64,000 bases of DNA from Ruminococcus sp. Lineage in GTDB: Bacteria; Bacillota; Clostridia; Oscillospirales; Ruminococcaceae. Positions 39,503 through 48,355 of the stretch are shown here, piece by piece. The stretch lies in NCBI GenBank assembly GCA_021202895.1, contig JAJQCE010000029.1, positions 9,664-73,663 of the forward strand, read 5' to 3'. A model generated the notes under the pieces. That model ran no database searches, was not told the DNA's origin, and saw only the letters and a list, made by a program, of their open reading frames with translations. A program made the position numbers and the translations under genes. Every line of letters begins with the position of its first letter. The first letter of the stretch is position 1.

Positions 39503-40549
39503 TTATGATAGCTCTACCATAATCTTGTCGCTGTCCTCACCAAATGCTAGTACAGCTGCCGAGGTGTCTATGAATTGACGTACATCATACTCAGTATCAT
39601 ATTTGCCGTTTTCATATGCCCATGCGGCAACATCCTCAAGCTTTTGCGCACCCTCTTCAGTGAAGCCTAGGTTGAATTGCAGATTATTCCAGTTGGACTG
39701 GAAATCATCCTCTTCTATACCAAATTTGCTTGCAATATCAGGCGTCACCTCATCAAGATGCTCGGTTATGTACTCAACACTCTCTTCAAGCGCAACAAGG
39801 TAATCGCCGAGAAGCTCGGTATTATCATCAAGAAAATCTGTTGTGGTCATAAGATAGCTTCTTGTTGCTATGCCAATTTCATCGGATGTCGCTACAAGAA
39901 CCATTCCGTACTCCTCATAGCGTTCAGCTGTTGCTCCGCTTGCTATAACTGCTCCAACCTCTCCTTTACTAACAAGCGAAAGGGATGACGACACGTCTGT
40001 TGAGTTTATATTTTCAACCTTATCCGGATCTAAGCCAACATAAGTTAGCGCCAGCCAGTTTTGATATTCTGAAACTGTACCTATATTCGTAATTATTCCG
40101 GGGCTGTCATAGAGTCCCTCAAGATTATCTGCATATTCCTCGGCTACGTAAAGTCCTCCAGTGGTATCTCTGCCAGTGCGGCCGCCTGTAAGCTCTGAGA
40201 AAGTAACCAGGTTTGTGTCATCCAGTGTATTTCCTATGCGGTTTACAAGTGCAAAATCAGCTAAAAGACCTGTATCTGCCGTGCCGTTTTGAACAGCATC
40301 CATTGTGTTTATACTGGCAGCGTACTCCGCAGTAGTAAGCTCTATTCCATACTTTTCAAAGATACCCTGCTCACTGCCTATGTATGTGGCATACTGATCC
40401 GCCTGACCTGTCATGATAGCTACGCGAAGCGTTGTAAGCTCGGTTCCATCCTCTGCTGTTGAAGTGTCGTCAGAATCACCGCATCCGACAAATGCCGTAA
40501 CTGAAAGTGACGATGCTACTAAAAACGCTAATATTTTCTTTATTTTCAT
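39503..40549 (-). CDS. ABC transporter substrate-binding lipoprotein, SsuA/TauA-like
   Basis: Lipobox FVGC, LRVAIM, IGSEQGIFEKYGIELT, family-typical size and position next to an SsuC-type permease. Confidence 0.8.
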   Translation of the reverse strand: MKIKKILAFLVASSLSVTAFVGCGDSDDTSTAEDGTELTTLRVAIMTGQADQYATYIGSEQGIFEKYGIELTTAEYAASINTMDAVQNGTADTGLLADFALVNRIGNTLDDTNLVTFSELTGGRTGRDTTGGLYVAEEYADNLEGLYDSPGIITNIGTVSEYQNWLALTYVGLDPDKVENINSTDVSSSLSLVSKGEVGAVIASGATAERYEEYGMVLVATSDEIGIATRSYLMTTTDFLDDNTELLGDYLVALEESVEYITEHLDEVTPDIASKFGIEEDDFQSNWNNLQFNLGFTEEGAQKLEDVAAWAYENGKYDTEYDVRQFIDTSAAVLAFGEDSDKIMVELS

Positions 40550-40565
40550 TGTAATCAACTCCTAA

Positions 40566-41360
40566 TTATTTAAGTCCGTAATGACCAAGTTTCTTTCTTC
40601 CTATAAACTGTAAAAGTCTGTCTGCTATAAATCCCAGTAGTGCAAGCGTTACTATTCCTGCAAATGCCCAGCTTGTTCTGTAGTAAAGCTTCGAGCTTTG
40701 GATTAGATAGCCAAGTCCATCGCTTCCGACAAGCATTTCTGCCGCTATAACGGTAAGTATTGATGAACTAAGTCCTAAGCGTATTCCTGTGAATATATTT
40801 GCCACCGCTGAGGGAAGAATTACCGTGAAGAAGACTCTTGCCTTCTTAGCTCCCATACAAGAAGCTGCCTCAACAAGCGACTGATCTGTAGATACAACAC
40901 CAGCTATAGTGTTTACAAAAATTGCAAAGAACGACGCATAGAATATAAGTGCAACTTTAGACTCTTCTCCTACGCCAAACCACATCAGAAAAAGTGTGGT
41001 AAGTGCGATTGCAGGAACGAATCTAAAAAAGCTTAAAATCGGCTCTACCAGGTATCTCACAGGCTTGAAGCTTCCGACTAAAAGTCCAAGCGGTACGCCA
41101 AAAACTACTGCTAGTGCCCAGCCCTTTGCAACTCTCGAGATACTTGCTACAAAATCTGCCCAGAGAGTGCCATCCTGAACTAGAATTATAAGACTGTCGA
41201 TGGTTTCCTTAGGCGAAGGCAGGAAATAGTCGTCATACGCAAGCGAGCCTAACCCCCAAACGACCAGAATTATCGCCCATGAAATTACTCCGCATTTAAA
41301 AATTCTCTGTCCTATATTTTCTGAGGATCTGCTCTTCTGTTTTTTTTCTTCTTTTGCCAT
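40566..41360 (-). CDS. ABC transporter permease, SsuC/TauC-like
   Basis: LPSP, SISRV..GW, FRFVPAIAL, GVGEESK, EAASCMGA, IAAEMLVGSDGLG. Confidence 0.9.
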   Translation of the reverse strand: MAKEEKKQKSRSSENIGQRIFKCGVISWAIILVVWGLGSLAYDDYFLPSPKETIDSLIILVQDGTLWADFVASISRVAKGWALAVVFGVPLGLLVGSFKPVRYLVEPILSFFRFVPAIALTTLFLMWFGVGEESKVALIFYASFFAIFVNTIAGVVSTDQSLVEAASCMGAKKARVFFTVILPSAVANIFTGIRLGLSSSILTVIAAEMLVGSDGLGYLIQSSKLYYRTSWAFAGIVTLALLGFIADRLLQFIGRKKLGHYGLK

Positions 41361-41373
41361 AACGCATTCCTCC

Positions 41374-42441
41374 TTAAATGTAGTAAATTGTGCTGTCATC
41401 GATAAAGCTGTTTGATACAACCTCGGTTTTGTCACCATCTATCGTGTACAGCTTTTTGATAAGCACCTTGACTTCGTCGCCCTTCTTAAGCCTTGTGGCG
41501 TTAAGGTCGTATCTTCCCGTGACAGACATGCTGTCTATGTTTACTTTGACCTCAAATGCGTTCCCTCTAAAGAACACATCCTCTACTATGCCATTCTCCA
41601 TAGAGCTTTCGTATTGATGATGCCCATTGTCCGTAAACTTGTTTATCTCAATAAACTCAGGACGAATTACCGCCGAAGCTTTGCTGTCCGAACCAGAAAA
41701 GCCCTTTAATCTGCCATAATCGGTGATTATCGCCGATTGTCCGATAAACTGAGCGACAAATGGTGTTTTCGGGTTAAGATAAATCTCAGCGGGATTTCCA
41801 ACCTGTTCGACCTTACCAAGGTTTGTTATGACAATTTCATCCGCCACCTCGATAGCCTCATCTTGATCGTGGGTTACAAAGATGCTTGTAATTCCGATTT
41901 TATCAATCGTCTCTCTAAGCCATGTTCTTAGCTCTTTTCTTACCTTTGCATCAATCGCCGCAAACGGTTCGTCCAAAAGAAGAAGCTCAGGCTCGGGAGC
42001 TAAGGCTCTTGCTAGTGCAATTCTCTGACGCTGACCGCCGCTAAGCTGCTCGGGATAACGTTTTTCAAGTCCCGGAAGACCAACAAGATCGAGCAACTCG
42101 GCAACACGATTTCTAATTGTTTCTTTATCCTTTTTTTGAACCTTTAGACCGTAAGCTATGTTATTGTACACATTCATATAAGGAAACAGCGCATAGTTTT
42201 GAAATACAAAGCCTATTCCTCTCTCGCTTGAAGGAAGATCGTTGACGACCTTGCCGCCGATTGAAATATCTCCGCTGTCCTGATGTTCAAGTCCCGCTAT
42301 CATTCTAAGGATAGTTGTTTTGCCGCTTCCTGATGGTCCCAGCAAGCCGATTAATTTTCCCTTCTCGATGCCAAAGGTAACGTCACTTGATGCCTTGCAA
42401 TCGCCAAATGTCTTGTTTACATTGTTTAACTCAATATACAT
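41374..42441 (-). CDS. cysA: ABC ATPase of the CysA (sulfate/thiosulfate) type
   Basis: GPSGSGKT, ERGIGFVFQNYALF, LSGGQRQR, LLLDEPFAAIDAKVRKELRTWLR, C-terminal TOBE-like region. Confidence 0.85.
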   Translation of the reverse strand: MYIELNNVNKTFGDCKASSDVTFGIEKGKLIGLLGPSGSGKTTILRMIAGLEHQDSGDISIGGKVVNDLPSSERGIGFVFQNYALFPYMNVYNNIAYGLKVQKKDKETIRNRVAELLDLVGLPGLEKRYPEQLSGGQRQRIALARALAPEPELLLLDEPFAAIDAKVRKELRTWLRETIDKIGITSIFVTHDQDEAIEVADEIVITNLGKVEQVGNPAEIYLNPKTPFVAQFIGQSAIITDYGRLKGFSGSDSKASAVIRPEFIEINKFTDNGHHQYESSMENGIVEDVFFRGNAFEVKVNIDSMSVTGRYDLNATRLKKGDEVKVLIKKLYTIDGDKTEVVSNSFIDDSTIYYI

Positions 42442-42564
42442 AATAACCAACTCCGAATTATTTTACTGTTGTTAGTTGTTTCAAATCTGATCTTAAGTCA
42501 ACATCGCTTGCTTTTAATAAAGATCTGTACCATAAAGTTTGACCCCCTTTTAATTCATACCTTT

Positions 42565-42621
42565 TCGATATGATTAGTATGTTTATAATTATAAACCCAT
42601 TTTTCCGATATGTCAATAGGG
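42565..42621 (-). promoter_or_regulatory. sigmaA consensus promoter of the cysA-ssuCA-ASST operon with two Rrf2-type boxes
   Basis: TTGACA (42611-42616)-17-TATAAT (42588-42593); boxes at 42605-42621 and 42565-42581. Confidence 0.8.
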
Positions 42622-42707
42622 TTTTTGAAAATTTGTGATAACTCACAAATAAAAAAGAATATATCGCAAAATTTTTAGACAGAATAACCCAAAATAACAA
42701 TTAGCTA

Positions 42708-42763
42708 TTGACAAATCAACTGAAATAATATATAATAAGTATAAATCATATTAATCGAATATG
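42708..42763 (+). promoter_or_regulatory. sigmaA consensus promoter of the thioredoxin gene with palindromic box
   Basis: TTGACA (42708-42713)-17-TATAAT (42731-42736); CATAT-TAATCGA-ATATG at 42747-42763. Confidence 0.78.
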
Positions 42764-42789
42764 AAAAGTATAGTTAGGAGATGAAAAGC

Positions 42790-43104
42790 ATGATTACTGA
42801 GCTTACAACCAGCACATTTGACGAAATAACCTCAACCGACAAACCTGTGGTGATAGAATTTTACTCGCCGACCTGTGTTCACTGCAAGAGAATGGAGCCA
42901 GGACTTAACGAGGTTGCCGACGAGCAAGAAAACGACGCAGTTATTACCAGATGTGACATCACAACCTCGCCTGAGCTTGCGCAGCGCTATGACATCACTG
43001 CCGTTCCGACAACGCTCTTTATAAAAAACGGTGAAATTAAGGACAAGCTTGTGGGATTTACACATAAGCTGATAATTTCCCAGGGTATTGAAAAGCTAAA
43101 GTGA
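42790..43104 (+). CDS. Thioredoxin family protein (CVHC)
   Basis: EFYSPTCVHCKRM, cis-Pro VPT, GEIKDKLVG; start 42790 or 42781. Confidence 0.9.
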   Translation: MITELTTSTFDEITSTDKPVVIEFYSPTCVHCKRMEPGLNEVADEQENDAVITRCDITTSPELAQRYDITAVPTTLFIKNGEIKDKLVGFTHKLIISQGIEKLK

Positions 43105-43116
43105 GCAAAATTTAAT

Positions 43117-43148
43117 GGGAACCGAAATTCAAATCGGTTCCCTCTTTT
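43117..43148. terminator. Bidirectional terminator between trx and trxB
   Basis: GGGAACCGA/TCGGTTCCC 9-bp stem plus T run. Confidence 0.75.
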
Positions 43149-43158
43149 TGTATAGTAT

Positions 43159-44058
43159 TTAAAGACTTCTAAGATAATTCTCAGCGCTTGTTACGGCATT
43201 TGCTCCGTCAGCGGCTGCGGTTATCACCTGTCTAAGGGGTGTGGTTCTCACATCTCCCGCAGCAAACAAGCCCTTGGCATCGGTAGCTCCGTCCTCACCT
43301 GCAATGATATATCCGAAGCTGTCAAGTGAACAAACTCCTTTTAAAAGCTCGGTGTTCGGCAGACTTCCAAGTGCGCAGAAAACACCGTCTATCTTTAGCG
43401 TGTCAATAGAGCCGTTTCGGTTTAACACGAGCTCTTCAGCTTTGTCGCCTCCGTTTACCTTAGTCACAGTAGTGTTTAGTATAAACTCAATGTTTTCAAC
43501 AGCATTCACCTGTGCTTGTAAGCTTTTGTTTGCCCTAAATTCATCTCTTCTGTGGATTAGATAGACCTTCTTAGCAATCTTTGATAGGTAAGCTGCATCT
43601 CCAAGCGCAGTATCTCCGCCACCTATGACGGCTACAATCTTGTTTTGATAGAAAGCTCCGTCACATACCGCACAGTAGGATACACACTGTTTTTCACTCC
43701 CCTCAACGCCAAGTCTGCGGTAGGATGTTCCCGCAGCGTAGATAATAGCCTTAGCTTCAAGTACCCTTCCGTCTGAAAAGGTTACCGCCCAATAGTCACT
43801 TTCCTTTGCTATTGCTTTAGCCTCGCCGTCATAGAACTCAGTTCCCAAAGCTAAAGCATGCTCACGAAAACCCTCGCCTAAATCATATCCTGATACTCCG
43901 TAAAGCCCAGGATAGTTTTCTACACGCTCACTTACCGAAATCTGTCCCGTACCCATATAGTCTTTTTCGACCACCACGGCGTTTAGCATAGCGCGCTTAG
44001 CGTAAATTGCAGCCGTAAGTCCAGCAGGTCCGCTGCCTATTATAATTATGTCATACAT
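43159..44058 (-). CDS. trxB: Thioredoxin-disulfide reductase
   Basis: GSGPAGLTAA, VSYCAVCDG, GGGDTA, HRRDEFRA, FAAGDV. Confidence 0.93.
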   Translation of the reverse strand: MYDIIIIGSGPAGLTAAIYAKRAMLNAVVVEKDYMGTGQISVSERVENYPGLYGVSGYDLGEGFREHALALGTEFYDGEAKAIAKESDYWAVTFSDGRVLEAKAIIYAAGTSYRRLGVEGSEKQCVSYCAVCDGAFYQNKIVAVIGGGDTALGDAAYLSKIAKKVYLIHRRDEFRANKSLQAQVNAVENIEFILNTTVTKVNGGDKAEELVLNRNGSIDTLKIDGVFCALGSLPNTELLKGVCSLDSFGYIIAGEDGATDAKGLFAAGDVRTTPLRQVITAAADGANAVTSAENYLRSL

Positions 44059-44070
44059 AACAATTCCTCC

Positions 44071-44523
44071 TCAAATATAGTACATAGGTTCGCTTGCATT
44101 ATTTTCAAGCTCCTTCTCATAACGCTCGGCAAGATCTGCCACCGTAACCGACATAGCGCAGTCCGACATATACCTTTCTATTTTGTTCCACAAAAGCTCA
44201 TTTATCACGTCAGAGAAACCATTGTTTTCGTTTCCGATCTCGGGAACATCGTTGTTTAAAAGCGACGATTCAAGAGCGTTTATCACTTCATTAAGCGTAA
44301 TATCCTCTGCCCTTTTAGAGAGAATATACCCGCCTCCTGAGCCTTTTTGTCCCTTAATTAGATGTGAATGGCGAAGTGACGAGAGTATCTGCTCGAGGTA
44401 CTTTTCAGAAATACCCTGCCTTCCTGAAATGCTGATAACAGTGACCGTTTTTCCATTCCGTGCATTGATTGCAATGTCAGTAATTGCCAAAATTCCACAC
44501 TCAACCTTTGTTGAAATTTTCAT
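44071..44523 (-). CDS. Rrf2 family transcriptional regulator (CymR-like, no IscR Cys triad)
   Basis: MKISTK, ISEKYLEQIL..L, KGSGGGYIL, ITLNEVINALE, LW. Confidence 0.92.
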   Translation of the reverse strand: MKISTKVECGILAITDIAINARNGKTVTVISISGRQGISEKYLEQILSSLRHSHLIKGQKGSGGGYILSKRAEDITLNEVINALESSLLNNDVPEIGNENNGFSDVINELLWNKIERYMSDCAMSVTVADLAERYEKELENNASEPMYYI

Positions 44524-44545
44524 GTGTGCCTCCTTTCACTCAATT

Positions 44546-44590
44546 CCTATCTGCTTAATATAGTATAACTGATTTTTTTGAGATTGTCAA
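44546..44590 (-). promoter_or_regulatory. sigmaA promoter of rrf2-trxB with autoregulatory box
   Basis: TTGACA (44585-44590)-17-TATACT (44562-44567); box CCTAT-CTGCTTA-ATATA at 44546-44562 flanked by AATT. Confidence 0.72.
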
Positions 44591-44683
44591 CCCCCCTACA
44601 GCCTTATGGCAGCCTAATAAATTTAACAAAAAATCATAAATTTATCGGCGAATTTTTGTGCATTTCGTAGAATTCATTGTTTT

Positions 44684-44716
44684 CCTATTGACTTTGTAGG
44701 AAATTCAGTGTATAAT
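44684..44716 (+). promoter_or_regulatory. sigmaA promoter of the metY(pseudo)-sulfite reductase-sulfur carrier operon with box over -35
   Basis: TTGACT (44688-44693)-17-TATAAT (44711-44716); TTTCCTAT-TGACTTT-GTAGGAAA. Confidence 0.78.
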
Positions 44717-44779
44717 AAACATTAGAATTTAAATCAGCTCTTTTTCACAAAAAAATCAAGGTGAATGAGGTCACAACAA

Positions 44780-45896
44780 CGGACTTTAATACCGCACTAC
44801 TGCACAAGTCTTTTTTTGGAGAAAAACAGACTGGAGCTACGACGAACCTATCTGCCAAACTGACTAGTTTGCACACAAATCCGCACAATGGCTAGAGAAA
44901 ATATTTAATAACAAGGCTAATGGATATGCCTACACACGTATTGTAAATCCTAACTGTGTCCTCATTTGAAAACCGCATTGCAGCTATTGAGGGCGGAATT
45001 TCTGTGATTGCTTGCTCGTCAGGTTCGGTTGCAGTGGCAATGTCAATACTAAACATCGTTTTAGCTGTAGATGAAATTATTTCCAGCAGTGCGCTCTATG
45101 GCGGCACTCTCAACCTTTTCGGTGGTCTTAGGTCTTTCGGAATTGAAGTAAAGTATGTAAACGAGGCAATTCCTGATCTTATCAAGCCGCTTATCATCGA
45201 CAGCACCACAGCTACACCTTACATATTATAACCGATAGAGCTTGGAGATGATATTGCAGTTCATTCCTCATCTAAGTAGATAAACGGCGGCGGAAATTCA
45301 GTCTGCGGAGTTATCGTAGACAGCGGAAGGTACAAGTGGTTCTTTGATAAACACCCATCACTTTCAAAATATAGAAAATTTGGTGGTTTTGCCTACACCG
45401 CAAGCCTAAAGAACGGCATCTGGAGAGATGTAGGATGCTGCCCTGCTCCGATGACTGGCTTTTATGAACAGCGTAGGGCTTGAAACGCTCAGTCTTAGAA
45501 TGCAGCAATGCTGCGACAATGCGCCAAGGCTTGCCAAACACCTAGAGAGCAAAGGACTTTCGGTAAACTATCCTGCTCCTAAGTCCTCTCCCTACTATAT
45601 AATATCATACGAAGCTAGCTTAACGGCAATGGCGGAGCTGTTTTTACGTTTCGCATGGAAAGCAAGGAGAAGGCATTTAAGCTTTTAGGCTCGCTTGAAT
45701 ACTCGATAATTGCATCCAACATGGCGATGTAAGAACGCTTGTTATTCACCCTGCGAGTACGCTCTTTGCGCACAGTGATGAAACGGAAAAGTAAACGTCA
45801 GGAGTTTATGAGGATACTATTAGGGTGAGTGCGGGTATTGAAGATATTGAAGAGTTAATAGATGACTTTAATAGAGCATTTGCACTTTATAACTAA
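44780..45896 (+). pseudogene. metY: O-acetylhomoserine sulfhydrylase (MetY/CysD family) pseudogene
   Basis: Fragments FNTALLH, YAYTRIVNP, FENRIAAIEGG..IACSSG, LYGGT, LIIDSTTATP, HSSSK*INGGGNS (stop right after PLP Lys), GLETLSLRMQQCCDNA, IRVSAGIEDIEELIDDF; internal deletion and several frameshifts; 5' boundary approximate. Confidence 0.88.
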
Positions 45897-45910
45897 CAGG
45901 AGGAATTAAG

Positions 45911-46774
45911 ATGGCAGTAGATTATGCAACGCTCAAAAAGGGCGGATTTATGAGACAAAAGCAGAAGAACAACTTTTCACTAAGACTAAGAGTTGTAGGA
46001 GGAAACCTTACAGCTAAGCAGCTTGCAAAGATTGCCCAGGTTTCTGAAAAGTACGGTGACGGTCATGTACATCTCACCTCACGTCAGAGTGTAGAGATAC
46101 CGTTTATCAAGCTTGACGACATAGATGAGGTAAAAGCTGCTCTTGCCGAGGGAGATGTTTCACCTGGAGTCTGCGGACCTAGGGTGCGTACCATTACCGC
46201 CTGTCAGGGAGAGGCAATTTGCCCGAGCGGATGTATCGACACCTATAAGCTTGCTAAAGAGCTTGACGAACGCTACTTTGCAAGAGAGCTTCCGCACAAG
46301 TTTAAGTTTGGCATTACGGGATGTCAGAACAACTGCCTAAAGGCTGAGGAAAACGATCTCGGCATAAAAGGAGCGCTCAAGGTAAAGTGGAAGAAGGACA
46401 GCTGTATTCAATGCGGAGTCTGTCTTAAGGCTTGCCGCACGCAGGCTCTAAGCCTTGAGGATGGCAGGATAGATCTCGAGGAGGGCAAGTGCAATTTCTG
46501 TGGAAGATGCGTAAAGGCTTGTCCTGCGGATGCGTGGGATGTTACAAGCGGCTACATAGTTTCATTCGGAGGAATTTTTGGCAACAATATAAGCAAGGGC
46601 GAGGCTATCATTCCGTTTATAGACGACCACGACAAGCTCATGAGCGTTTGCGATGCGGCGATTAGCTTCTTTAATGAGAACGCACTTGCAGGCGAGAGAT
46701 TTAAGTTTACCATAGACAGGGTAGGCAAGGACAAATTTGAGCAAAGGATTTTGGAGGCGTATAACAATGGCTGA
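45911..46774 (+). CDS. Siroheme/[4Fe-4S] sulfite reductase-like protein (AsrC/Dsr fold, with 2x[4Fe-4S] ferredoxin insert)
   Basis: LRLRVVGG, HLTSRQSVEI, TACQGEAIC and GCQNNC siroheme-cluster Cys, CIQCGVC/CNFCGRC ferredoxin motifs, GERF. Confidence 0.88.
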   Translation: MAVDYATLKKGGFMRQKQKNNFSLRLRVVGGNLTAKQLAKIAQVSEKYGDGHVHLTSRQSVEIPFIKLDDIDEVKAALAEGDVSPGVCGPRVRTITACQGEAICPSGCIDTYKLAKELDERYFARELPHKFKFGITGCQNNCLKAEENDLGIKGALKVKWKKDSCIQCGVCLKACRTQALSLEDGRIDLEEGKCNFCGRCVKACPADAWDVTSGYIVSFGGIFGNNISKGEAIIPFIDDHDKLMSVCDAAISFFNENALAGERFKFTIDRVGKDKFEQRILEAYNNG

Positions 46775-47012
46775 GTTTAACATTGACGACACGGTGGACA
46801 TCACCGACGTGGTTTGCCCGACCACATTTGTAAAGGCTAAGGTAGCTCTTGAGGAACTAGAAGAGGGCGAGGTGCTTTCAATAAAGATGAATGACGGTGA
46901 GCCTGTACAGAACGTGCCAAGAAGCATAAAGGAAGAAGGACATCGGATTTTAAAGCTCATCGATAACGAGGACGGCACATATAATCTTATTGTCAGAAAG
47001 GTCGGTGATTAA
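46767..47012 (+). CDS. TusA/SirA-family sulfurtransferase
   Basis: VDITDVVCPTTFVKAKVALEELEEGEVL.I...G....NVPRS. Confidence 0.9.
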   Translation: MAEFNIDDTVDITDVVCPTTFVKAKVALEELEEGEVLSIKMNDGEPVQNVPRSIKEEGHRILKLIDNEDGTYNLIVRKVGD

Positions 47013-47327
47013 ATGGCTGTAAAGGTAAATGCGGACTGCTTCGAAAGCGAAGTCTTGTCGGCTGAAGAGGTTGTGCTTGTTGACTTTTACTCCGATTCGT
47101 GCGTACCATGCAAGCGAATAGCTCCGCTGCTTTCGCAGATCGAGCAGGAGAACGAGAGCATAAAGCTTGCAAAGCTAAACATAAACTTTGACCAAGAGAC
47201 TGCCAAGGCTTACGGTGTGACTGCTGTTCCTACGCTGGTGCTTTTTAAAGGCGGAAAGGAAAAGGCTAGGCTTGTCGGCAGCGTAAAAAAGGAAACGATT
47301 GAGGAAGCAATAAATTCTATAGACTAA
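47013..47327 (+). CDS. Thioredoxin family protein (CVPC)
   Basis: VDFYSDSCVPCKRI, VPTL.LFKGG. Confidence 0.9.
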   Translation: MAVKVNADCFESEVLSAEEVVLVDFYSDSCVPCKRIAPLLSQIEQENESIKLAKLNINFDQETAKAYGVTAVPTLVLFKGGKEKARLVGSVKKETIEEAINSID

Positions 47328-47339
47328 GGAGAGATTGAT

Positions 47340-47546
47340 ATGAAAATCAAAGTTGCAGGAGTTAAGAAGGAAAAAGAAGAGGGTATTACCGTTGCAAAGC
47401 TTATCGAGGAAGAAAAGGTGGAAACACCTGAGTATGTAACTGTTACGGTAAACGATGAGTTTTTAAAGAGCGGCACATTTGAGCAGACTGTGCTTAAAGA
47501 TGGTGACGAGGTCGAGTTTCTCTACTTTATGGGAGGCGGCAGATAA
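47340..47546 (+). CDS. ThiS/HcyS-like sulfur carrier protein ending GGG-R
   Basis: 68 aa, VTVTVNDEF, LKDGDEVEFLYFMGGGR. Confidence 0.92.
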   Translation: MKIKVAGVKKEKEEGITVAKLIEEEKVETPEYVTVTVNDEFLKSGTFEQTVLKDGDEVEFLYFMGGGR

Positions 47547-48355
47547 TGGCTTTTACAAACGAACAGATAGAGCGTTACTCTCGCCACATCATACTAAAAG
47601 AGGTCGGCGCAAAGGGGCAAAAAAAGCTTTTAAATGGGAGCGTACTTATAATCGGAGCAGGGGGTCTCGGTGCACCTGCGGCGATGTACCTTGCGGCAGC
47701 GGGAATAGGAAGGATTGGAATTGCGGACGCTGACGAAGTGGATCTTTCTAACCTACAGCGTCAGATTATTCACGCTACCGAAGACGTAGGCAAACCAAAG
47801 GTCATCTCGGCTAAGGAAACGATAGAACGTATGAACCCTGATGTTAAGGTGGAAACCTACCAGACATTTGTAAGCAGTGAGAACATAATGGAGCTTATCA
47901 AGGACTATGACTTTATCATTGACGGCACGGACAACTTCCCTGCTAAATTTTTAATCAATGATGCCTGCGTCATGGCAAAGAAGCCTTTTTCACATGCGGG
48001 TATCATACGCTTTAAAGGACAGCTTATGACCTATGTTCCAGGACAGGGGCCGTGCTACAGATGCGTGTTTAAGAACCCTCCCCCAAAGGATGCGGTGCCT
48101 ACCTGCAAGCAGGCAGGAGTAATCGGTGCTATGGGCGGCGTTATCGGAAGTCTTCAGACTATGGAGGCGGTAAAGTACATCCTGGGAGTAGGAGATCTTT
48201 TGACAGGGTATCTGCTTACATACGATGCTCTGAAGATGGATTTTAGAAAGGTAAAGCTTCCGAGCAATACAAGCGAATGTGCGGTTTGCGGTGAACATCC
48301 CACGATAAACGAGCTTATCGACTACGAGCAGACGGAGTGTGACGGTGCGCTATGA
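47546..48355 (+). CDS. ThiF/MoeB/HesA family adenylyltransferase (HcyF-like)
   Basis: RYSRHI, IGAGGLG, D.D.VDLSNLQRQ, DGTDNF, CYRC and CAVC Zn sites. Confidence 0.93.
   Translation: MAFTNEQIERYSRHIILKEVGAKGQKKLLNGSVLIIGAGGLGAPAAMYLAAAGIGRIGIADADEVDLSNLQRQIIHATEDVGKPKVISAKETIERMNPDVKVETYQTFVSSENIMELIKDYDFIIDGTDNFPAKFLINDACVMAKKPFSHAGIIRFKGQLMTYVPGQGPCYRCVFKNPPPKDAVPTCKQAGVIGAMGGVIGSLQTMEAVKYILGVGDLLTGYLLTYDALKMDFRKVKLPSNTSECAVCGEHPTINELIDYEQTECDGAL

Noticed and set aside
42458-42700. 80-aa minus-strand ORF upstream of cysA
   Set aside because: It spans two promoters and operators, has no RBS and has AT-rich non-coding composition. The real RBS feeds the 11-aa uORF in another frame.
44956-45688. 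ORF-track entries 44956-45231, 45311-45541 and 45464-45688 as genes
   Set aside because: They are fragments or alternative frames of the metY pseudogene.
45911-46774. Dissimilatory sulfite reduction (DsrAB/AsrABC respiration)
   Set aside because: Only one subunit, no dsrB/C or asrA/B, and it lies within a ThiS/ThiF/MetY assimilatory operon under an Rrf2-type box.
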